Positions 54,161-64,000 of a stretch of DNA of 64,000 nucleotides are shown piece by piece (the first letter of the stretch is position 1; each line of letters starts with the position of its first letter). The notes under the pieces are model-generated. The model saw nothing but the letters and a program-made list of their open reading frames with translations, made no database searches and was not told where the DNA came from. Made by a program: the position numbers and the translations under genes. The DNA is from Eledone cirrhosa (Eukaryota), in contig OZ024741.1 in NCBI GenBank assembly GCA_964016885.1, positions 219,604,001 to 219,668,000 on the forward strand, in the 5' to 3' direction.

Positions 54161-54476
54161 ACACTGAAGATGGTGTGTTGAGTTCTTGAGCAAGACACTT
54201 TATTTCACATTGCTCCAGTTCATTCAGCTGGCAAAAATGAGTTGTACTTGTAATTTAAGGGGCCAACCTCGTCACACATCGTGACACGGTGAATCTTCCT
54301 GAGAACTATGATAAGGGTACACGTGTCTGTGGAATGCTCAGCCACTAACATGTTAATTTCACTGGCAGGCAGTTTGGATCATTGGATCAACTGAAGGACT
54401 GGTCGTTGGAAACAAGGATAAAAAAAACAGTAGTAGTAGTAGTAGTATTAGTAGTAGTTGTAGTTGTAGTACTTAC

Positions 54477-54744
54477 CAACATTATAACTTCCCAAACTGT
54501 TGTAAACAAATGACCGAGCGAAGTCGAAATAAACAACAAGTCCTCCATACTTATATTCCAGAGTGGGGGGACCAGTTGGATTGTCGGGAAACTCTCCCCA
54601 TGAGGTGTCATTGGAATCTGTCACTTCCACAGATGATATTGGCAAAACCATAGTTATCATGACAAACAGTAACATTAAATTAAAAAGTTTAATGAACAGG
54701 GAGAAGGAGGAGGAGGAGCTATTAATATTATGGAAACCAGCCAT
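54477..54744 (-). CDS. Prominin-like protein, coding exon 1 (signal peptide and N-terminal ectodomain)
   Basis: ATG at 54744 gives MAGFHNINSSSSSFSLFIKLFNLMLLFVMITMVLPISS...YGGLVVYFDFARSFVYNSLGSYNV, then a GTAAGT donor. 268 nt, phase 1. A candidate acceptor near 54964 suggests an upstream non-coding exon. Confidence 0.8.
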
Positions 54745-55074
54745 TTTAAATAAGCTCTTCCGAATATTGTCGTGTTGTTGTTGTTGTTGTTCTTGTTGTT
54801 CTTGTTCTTGTTCTTGTTGCTGTTGTTGTTGTTGTGGTGGTGGTCGTGGTTTTGTGCTTCGAAGTAAAAATATATATTTTTTAATCTTTCTTCCAAACAC
54901 TTTTTCTGTGATTCTTTTTTTTTTTCTTTATAGTACAACAGCCTGCTTGATTGTATTGCTTATCTGGAAATGACAAGGAAATAAATGTATTTATATCTAT
55001 CTATCTATCATCATCATCACCGTTTAACGGCCATTTTCCATGCTAGCATGGGTAGGACCTGATACATATGTCAT

Positions 55075-55126
<52 letters not shown>

Positions 55127-55529
55127 ATGGATGTAGTAAAAACGAGTTAGACAATTACTCACCAGTGTACTTAATACTTGGGGTAGTAGAGTGGGTAATG
55201 TGTAGGATATGGGACCCTGATGGCTGGGCTCCTGCCGTTTCAACAGCTAGATCTAAACTAAGTCGCCGGTGTCCAGGCGATGAAAATAGCTGATGTCATT
55301 AGGAATGGGGGGCTGGGGGGGGGGAGTAAATTCCAAATATGTGCATACAGTTTATACATAAAAGTCTTTAAGAAAGTTCCTGGTATTTTTCGGGGAGTGG
55401 TCAGTATTTGGGTGTGTGTATGTACATGTATTTATATATACGTCTCCTTATATATATATATATATATATATAATTATGGATTGAGAGGAGGGCTGTGTGG
55501 TTATTGATAACGAGTGTTAGAACGTAAGG

Positions 55530-56335
55530 CAACACAAACAATAGATGGACAGTCTCCCTAAACAATACATCTATCTGCAGTGCGCCCATAGAGGGTACTT
55601 GCAGAAACATGACAACAACATACATAGGCGAGACAACTCCTAGCATAGGTGAAAGGATAGACCAACACTGGGGGGAACTAAAAGGACGAAAAAACGGGTC
55701 AGTACTATACGAACATGCCAGACAACAACACGACGGTAACATAGACAACATAGAAGTTAGAATAATATCTAAATATATAAATGACCCAGCAGATAGGCAA
55801 ATCAGAGAGGCCAGTGAAATATAACTTAGAAGGCCTAGACTAAACAGAAAGAATGAATGGAATAACAACAACACCCAAACAAACAATACTGACCTAAGAG
55901 AAGTATAAATAAATAAATAAATAGATAAATAAATAAATAAATAAATACATACACAAGCACAATAACAACAAACATATAAACACACACTAGTAAACATAGA
56001 ACACATTAACCAATACACAGTCACCCAATCACGAACACACATCAAACAAAACACTATACACACACGCAAACGCATGCGCAAAGAAGACAAAATAAAATAA
56101 ACAAACAAACAAATAAATAAATATATAAACAGACTAAATAAAGATGGCGTAGAAATACAATGCAACGGGAGGAATCTATAGCACCACTGACGATGTTGCA
56201 GATGTGCAACGAAAGATTTATGATAAACTATATATATGTGTTTGTGTCTATATTGTATCTGTATTATTTTTGACCGTTGGTCAGTCAATGGCAACATTGA
56301 GGACCGAATAAATTTGATTACCGATATAAAAGACA
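55530..56335 (+). mobile_element. PLE 3' end: GIY-YIG remnant and minimal hammerhead
   Basis: YIGETTPSIGERIDQH...LYEHARQQH...RQIREA...PRLNRKNEW. CTGACGA-T-GTTGCA-GATG-TGCAAC-GAAA at 56187-56214. Confidence 0.8.
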
Positions 56336-56479
56336 CAGAAGCGAAAACCAACCAAACAGTGAGTGTGTTCTGTTATTAATTCTGGCAATATTACACAAAT
56401 ATGACCCTCCCCAAGTATACCAATATTTGTTTCGACACACGATTTCATATAAAAAACCTCGCAAAACTATATATATAAT

Positions 56480-57475
56480 CGAACGACCAGAAATGGTATT
56501 ATATCGGATCTACCACCACATCGTTTAAATCTCGCTGGTACCGTCATCGATTCTCAATCAAGCATCCGAATCACCGTTTTGTGACCACGCTCGCCAACAA
56601 GACCTGGCAACTCCGTGAACACAACCAACAGTTCACCTTAAAATGGGATATACTTTCCAGCGCAAGTGCATATCGGAGTGGATTGAAGTACTGCAGGTTA
56701 TGTAACCTTGAGCTATTTTACATATTAAAATCCAAAAACAAACTACTTAACGATAGAATTGAACGATCATTATACTGCAACCACAAACTAAAAGCTAAAT
56801 TCTCTCACTATAAAATAACTTAACATTCGAACCCGTAACTATAACACCACTTTCTAGCTAACAACCTTTTCTTCCCCCCACACTACAAGACAATACACTG
56901 CTTATCACTATACATGGTAACTCAGTGCAATTCCTAGATTACTACTACAAAACCAAAGTTCACTCACCACACATACTTTGTCTCTCCCCTCTCTACCTAT
57001 CTCTCTCTACATCCATTACACTCTCTCTCTCTCACCTTTGACCCACCTCCCTCTCAACATCTATGAACCTGCCCTCTGGGGCAATAAATAATTCCGACCT
57101 TAACTATCAACGCATCTCTCCAAAAGTAACCAGTATAATAAAACCCCTACCATAACATTTTGATTAAGATATCTACAAGCCACTCTCTCCTACTCCAACC
57201 CCTGCATATCTTTCTTTCTTTCTCTCTCCCTCTTCCCTACTTTTCTCTCTTCCTGTTCTACTCTATCTTCCCCAACAACCCCACTTAAGGGTATTTACAT
57301 TGTACATTTACCATTCTGCTCTGAGGAAACAGTGGTCACAGCATTGGATATTCGAGTTCTGCAAGTACTTGTGAATTTGCACGTAGCGTAACTAGGCTGC
57401 AGTACCACCGTGGAAACACTTGTAAGCACACGGAATAAATCACCTTTTTATGATGTCTACCTGTTATTATTCATT

Positions 57476-57478
<3 letters not shown>
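56480..57478 (+). mobile_element. PLE 3' end: GIY-YIG C-terminus and long-stem-II hammerhead
   Basis: YYIGSTTTSFKSRWYRH...CRLCNLE...CNH. TGCT-CTGAGGA...GAAACACTTGTA-AGCA at 57317-57428. Confidence 0.85.
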
Positions 57479-57514
<36 letters not shown>

Positions 57515-57522
<8 letters not shown>

Positions 57523-58752
57523 TTAGCTCTGGACATAGCTATCCACCAGTTAATTTTATTGCTCATTTTTTGTCGATTCTATTGAGTGATGAATAGCTTT
57601 TGTTTTATTTTAACATGTCTATTGAGCACTCTAATTCGATATGTGTATTTCCACATTCACTCGAATTGTTTTCGCGGATATAGGGGTTATCTCCCTTGTC
57701 TAATGCCATGTGCGTTTTTCACTGGTAGTTGGCTCCTCTACCGCCAGGAAAAAAGCTCGTTGAGAAAGTAAAACTCCGTTCCGCTTACTCTAGTAGGCTT
57801 TTATATTTATATGTGAGCTGATAGAGTACAGTCTAAGGATTTACAGAAACCCATGAAGCTAGATTTAACACCTGTCTAGTGGGTCCGGGTATGATTTTAC
57901 ATTCATTTAAATTATTGACGTATTGTTTTATTGATATTTTTTATCTGTTTGTCCCGAATCTTCCTTTATCGATTTTAAATCGTATGGTTGATTGTAGACT
58001 TGTTCTATATGTGACGGTATTTTAACGATAGTTATAGCTCTGATTCATCTGAATTATTGAGCCCTCTGCCGCTCATGTCGAATCTCGTTTATCGCGAACT
58101 CGTGCGCCGATTTTTCGATACTCGATCTTTCTAATATATTTAGCTCTGGACATAGCTATCCACCAGTTAATTTTATTGCTCATTTTTTGTCGATTCTATT
58201 GAGTGATGAATAGCTTTTGTTTTATTTTAACATGTCTATTGAGCACTCTAATTCGATATGTGTATTTCCACATTCACTCGAATTGTTTTCGCGGATATAG
58301 GGGTTATCTCCCTTGTCTAATGCCATGTGCGTTTTTCACTGGTAGTTGGCTCCTCTACCGCCAGGAAAAAAGCTCGTTGAGAAAGTAAAACTCCGTTCCG
58401 CTTACTCTAGTAGGCTTTTATATTTATATGTGAGCTGATAGAGTACAGTCTAAGGATTTACAGAAACCCATGAAGCTAGATTTAACACCTGTCTAGTGGG
58501 TCCGGGTATGATTTTACATTCATTTAAATTATTGACGTATTGTTTTATTGATATTTTTTATCTGTTTGTCCCGAATCTTCCTTTATCGATTTTAAATCGT
58601 ATGGTTGATTGTAGACTTGTTCTATATGTGACGGTATTTTAACGATAGTTATAGCTCTGATTCATCTGAATTATTGAGCCCTCTGCCGCTCATGTCGAAT
58701 CTCGTTTATCGTGAACTCGTGCGCCGATTTTTCGATACTCGATATTTCTAAT
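57515..58752. repeat. 617-bp direct tandem duplication between (TA)n tracts
   Basis: Identical short ORFs at 57586 and 58203, offset 617. I see only a couple of substitutions. Confidence 0.95.
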
Positions 58753-58778
58753 ATATATATATATATATATAGGCATAT

Positions 58779-59367
58779 GGTCAGGAAAGTGAAAGTAATT
58801 TTTGACACTGTGAATTTTTTTTTTTTTTTTTTTTTACAACAGGTCTCAATAGTTAAAGTTACGATACACACGCAATTGTATGGATTTCTTAATATATATA
58901 TATGTGTGGGTGTGGATATGTGTGTATATATATGTGTGTTTGTATGTATATATATATATATGTGTGTTTGTATATATATATATGTCTTTGTGTCATCATC
59001 ATCGTTTAACGTCTATCTTCCACGCAAGCATGGGTTTAGACGTATATATATGTTTGTGTGTATATATGTGTTTGTACATCTAGCCAAACTTGTTTGCACC
59101 AACTCTCTGTCCCCAAAGAAAGTAAGGTCAGGTCATAAGAAGGACAGAGAATGATAAGGGATTTGGGTCAGAAACCCATGCTTGCGTGGAAGATAGACGT
59201 TAAACGATGATGATGACACAAACACATATATATATACACACCCACACATATATATATATTAAGAAATCCATACAATTGCGTGTGTATCGTAACTTTCACT
59301 ATTAGACCTGTTGTAAAAAAAAAAAAAAAAATTCACAGTGTCAAAAATTACTTTCACTTTCCTGACC
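58779..59367. repeat. Inverted repeat whose arms both include an RTE 3'-tail fragment
   Basis: Arms at about 58779-59036 and 59172-59367. Confidence 0.85.
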
Positions 59368-59381
59368 GCCCGTCTTGACGT

Positions 59382-59429
<48 letters not shown>

Positions 59430-59466
59430 TTATTATTATGTAATAAACAACATAAGGCAATTATTC

Positions 59467-59520
59467 CATTTACCAGTGGTTTCTTAAAAGCAAAAGGTTT
59501 TGCTTTCAATCCTCAGAATG
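59467..59520 (-). ncRNA. Canonical type-I hammerhead ribozyme motif
   Basis: CATT-CTGAGGA-TTGAAAGCAAAA.CC.TTTTGCTTTTAA-GAAA-CCACTG-GTA-AATG. All core positions are intact and stems I and II pair. Confidence 0.8.
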
Positions 59521-59847
59521 AAAAATCCTGGTTTGTTTATTGAATTTGGATTTTAAAAACAAAAATGCAATCTATATGAAAGTGAGGCTGGAAAAGGGAG
59601 AAGGAAAGGAAAAATAAAATAAAACTACACATGAAAACACACACACAAAAAAACACAAAAGCATACTTACACACACATACATATATACATATATATAAAT
59701 GTACGCATACATATATACATATACACATATACATATATAAAACGTACACCTACACACACATACACATATATACACACATATACACATACATACATTCATA
59801 CATACACACACACACACACACACATATATACACACACACACACACAT

Positions 59848-59896
<49 letters not shown>

Positions 59897-60286
59897 TACA
59901 CACACACATGTGTGTGTACAAGCATACACATACACAAACATAGCCATACACACACACACATATATATATACACATACATACATTCACACAAACATACAAC
60001 GTACATACATACACATACATGAATGCACTCCTCTATATATTCACACACGCAAATAAATATATATTAAAAAAATTTTTGACACGGATACATGCCCCAGCTA
60101 ACAGGACAGACACGCGTGGTAAGTAATACACACATAAGCACATATACATACGTACGAAATAGTAAACACACACACACTCTCACACATAAATATACATATA
60201 CAAATACATAAACACGTACATACACATACATACACAAACACGCACACGTATATAATATAAACACACACATGTATATGTAATTATAT

Positions 60287-60332
<46 letters not shown>

Positions 60333-60460
60333 ACAAAAATATAAAAATATAAACGCACACACACACACACATATATATACGTAAACACACATATACATAC
60401 ATAGCTAAACAATTATACACATGCAAATACGTATATATCAAAAGCACGCACAACCAAATA

Positions 60461-60555
<95 letters not shown>

Positions 60556-60561
60556 ACCCAC

Positions 60562-60639
<78 letters not shown>

Positions 60640-60648
60640 CCACACACA

Positions 60649-60689
<41 letters not shown>

Positions 60690-60943
60690 ACACATACATA
60701 AAAATAAATAAATACACACGCACACATATACATACATACATATATATATACACATATATATATATATACACATATATATATATATATATACACACATACA
60801 CGTACACATACACACATGCATACACATACACACACACATATACATGTGTGTATGTGTAAAGCTCAGTATTAGATAAGACAAATGAACCTTACATAAACGT
60901 ATATATAGTAGTAAAGTAATAAAGCAACACAAGGCAATTAATC

Positions 60944-60997
60944 CATTCACCAGAGGTTTCTTAAAAACAAAAAAAGTTTCCTTCAATCTTCAGAATG
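60944..60997 (-). ncRNA. Hammerhead motif downstream of the PLE ORF (GUG site, probably inactive)
   Basis: CATT-CTGAAGA-TTGAAGGAAA..TTTGTTTTTAA-GAAA-CCTCTG-GTG-AATG, homologous to 59467-59520. Confidence 0.65.
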
Positions 60998-61360
60998 AAA
61001 AAAAGCCTGGTTTATCCACATATACATACATATACACACACAAATATACAATTATATACACACATACACACACGCACACACGCACATATATATATATATA
61101 TATACATATACACAAATATATACATACATATATACATATATATACATATACACACATATATATATACACACAAAAATACATACACATACACATAGGTATG
61201 TGAAGGGCAAAACAAAAAGAATATATGGGGGGGGGGGCATAAGAGAAGGTAAAATATAAGGGGAGGTAAGGGAGAAAAAAATTTTGTAAATATACAAGAG
61301 TACAGAAGGTAGAGTCAGCAAAATAAAAACCGTAGCAAAAGTAAAGAGCAGAAAAGGAGT

Positions 61361-63238
61361 TCAAGGCGGTTGATTTCTCATAGGAGTGTCAATCCAGTTA
61401 CAGATCAGATGCGATTTCAGATGAGGACAGCATCTGAAGATCTCAGTCTTTGAGTTAAGGCAAGCGGAAGTGGCTCTCAAGTTTAGCAAAATCCTATACT
61501 TTTCTGTGGTACACAAAGAACAATTCTTTGTGCCCCTTTGGTACTCCCTCGAATGGTCTAATATAGACCAATCAATAGAGTACGGGATGTTACTATCTTT
61601 GAGATCCCATACCTTACTTGCGAGGGCCGTTGATGTTCGTTTATCGGAGTGCTTAAAAGAAGCGACATGTGAGTAAAATCTGGTTTTAAACCTGTCCTGG
61701 GTCATAACGACATATCGCTCACTCCTGGCTGGCTGGTTGTTGATTACTGGCGTTATCTTAGCCTCATAAACGACAGATTTTGTGTTACATTTACCCTGCA
61801 ATGGGCATTCATCCGGCTTCCTGCAACTGCATCCTGGATTTATCCTCGTACGGTTTGAACTGGTAATTTTGGACTTCATAGATGGGCAACAAGAGTAGCT
61901 GATCTTAACTACATTCCTATTAAAAATCTTATAATATCTATGAATAGGAGGAAAATGTTTGTCTAATAGTTCAAGGAATTTCCTTCCTACATTAGTTTTG
62001 ACAGTTAGAGAGAAGGGGGGGGGGGTGAACCAAATAATCTTCCTTTTCCTGTTATTATGGTTAGTATTAGGGGGGGGGGGAGTAGGTAAATAAGAATTTT
62101 TTTCTGTAAAACCGCTGTTCTTAAGGGCTTTATTATAATAAGGGGCGGCTTTATTAAAAATGTCTATAGACGAAGATAAAGTAGAAATCCTACGGCTAAT
62201 GTTAGGAATAAGATTATTAAAAACTATGGGGGGATGGCAAGACCCTTTGTGTATATACCTAAGATTTTCATTAGGTTTATGATAGGGTTTAAAAGAGGCA
62301 GTAAGTAGATCAAGATTAATATCAAGAAAGTTAGCATTAGTAAGGTTCGTATCTATAGTAATTTTAAGGTTAAGATTAGCAAAAGTATTGATTAAATCTT
62401 TACGGAATTTATCAAGATTATGGCCGTTGGTGGTATGAGAAACTGCTAATCCGTCATCACGGTATAAACCGATATTATGGGACGGAAATTTCTCTTTGAG
62501 TGTGTGGAGAAGGAATAATCCTACTAAGTCACACACATCCGCACTGTCATATGAACCCATTGCAACATCAAAAGAGTTTTCAGGGTTTGACTTTTTAACC
62601 CAAATATTATCATTAGTAAAAAGTAAAGTTTTTCTAGCATGAAAGATAATGTCCTCTTCTAATTTAGAGATATTAATGAAGGGTCTTGCAAAATCTAAGG
62701 CATTAGTTAATAAGGAAACAGTAATAGAAGGGTAAAAATCGACAATATCAAATTGGGTAAATCTACACTTATTTTTACCTTGTATATTATTGAACCAAGA
62801 AATAACAGAGGAAGTATTTAGCCACTGTGATAGGTCAGTGTTAGTTCTAATTTGGAGAATTATTTTTCTTAAGATTTTCTTACTAGCAAGGCCAACCTCG
62901 GATTTAGCCGGATTAATCAGTCTACAACTAGGTCGATTAGTAAAGTCCAATTTATGGTCTTTAAGGGTAATATATGCTTTACTCTTAGCTAAGCTTTCAA
63001 TCCGGTTATCTATTTGTAAAGAACTAGCTAGTTCTTTAGCTTCTTTATTGATAGTATTGTAGCTATTATTATTAGTTAATTGATATTTATTGGTAATACT
63101 ATTAGTTAAAAGTTGGTTATACAAAGTACTATTAACTTCAAAGAGGTTTTTAGTTTTATCAGAAAGAACGAAAGTGTTTGTAGAATTTCTAAAATTAGAA
63201 ATATCGTTAGAAAGTTTAGTTTGAAAGTTATTATTGTA

Positions 63239-63240
<2 letters not shown>
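61361..63240 (-). CDS. Penelope-like element ORF (RT then GIY-YIG endonuclease), 5'-truncated at (TA)n
   Basis: The open frame extends upstream of the TTG called at 63124 (…FVLSDKTKNLF). RT motifs FDIVDFYPSI, MGSYDS, YRDDG. Cys-rich linker. EN motifs VVY...YVV(G)...RFKTR, CSLC..EK, LN. Confidence 0.92.
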
Positions 63241-63316
<76 letters not shown>

Positions 63317-63476
63317 AATATGCGGGACTGACAGCTCACAGCTATGCAGGTTTAGCTGGCCTCCTCCAAGGTATATCTCGTTGGAGGTGTCTTAGGTGAG
63401 TCAGTGATAGGGACACCAGTCCTATCATCTCATTTCTACAGCTGAGTAAACTGGAGCAAAGTGAAATAAAGTGTCT

Positions 63477-63599
<123 letters not shown>

Positions 63600-63759
63600 C
63601 ATGTGTGTGTCCATGTATGTATGCATGAATGAATACAGTAAGCTAGACAACCAGTGATTCTAACTGTTACCACTATCATATATTTTGGTTTTGTTTTGTT
63701 TTGGAATTGTTTGACCAAATGCTTTACTTACTGTTTTAATTATTTTTAAAAATCGATTA

Positions 63760-63821
<62 letters not shown>

Positions 63822-64000
63822 CGTTTCTGAATTTGTTTAGCAAGATTCTTTATCTGAAATCGTGTGTTGAAACCGATATTGTTATACTTTGGGAGGGTCA
63901 TGTTGCCAATAAGAAACACACGCACCAGTTGCTTTCACTTCAATTTAATTTATTAAATATTTATAAATTTACAAATTTATAAATTTCTGGTTGGTTGGTT

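Noticed and set aside
59537-61364. Many ORFs rich in YI/CV/HT repeats (also 42100-44700 and 51900-52700)
   Set aside because: These are translations of (TA)n, (TG)n and (CA)n microsatellites.
61361-63240. Naiad-type or selenoprotein PLE
   Set aside because: The endonuclease is C-terminal and there are no in-frame TGA codons at Cys positions.

Overview
AT-rich, microsatellite-dense animal DNA, most likely a coleoid cephalopod (octopus-type OR/OK SINEs, RTE LINEs; inference). The only host gene I can support is a prominin-like membrane protein on the minus strand. I traced seven coding exons (54744 to 10439) with consistent splice phases, and the gene continues past the left edge. Introns and flanks are nearly all transposon-derived: an intact RTE LINE with a PHD finger and tandem 5' monomers, nested in-frame inside an ORF1-only L1/Tx1-like element; (CATA)n-associated RLE-type LINEs; an internally deleted LTR element; a Helitron; pogo and hAT relics; and many Penelope-like elements (PLEs) in (TA)n tracts. 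The main unannotated signal is a dense set of more than 15 type-I hammerhead-ribozyme-like motifs from about ten unrelated PLE families. Many have a greatly expanded stem II (60-105 nt), a palindromic stem III or a CCGANGA core variant, and many sit in fold-back inverted repeats. All structures were paired by eye and no activity is shown.
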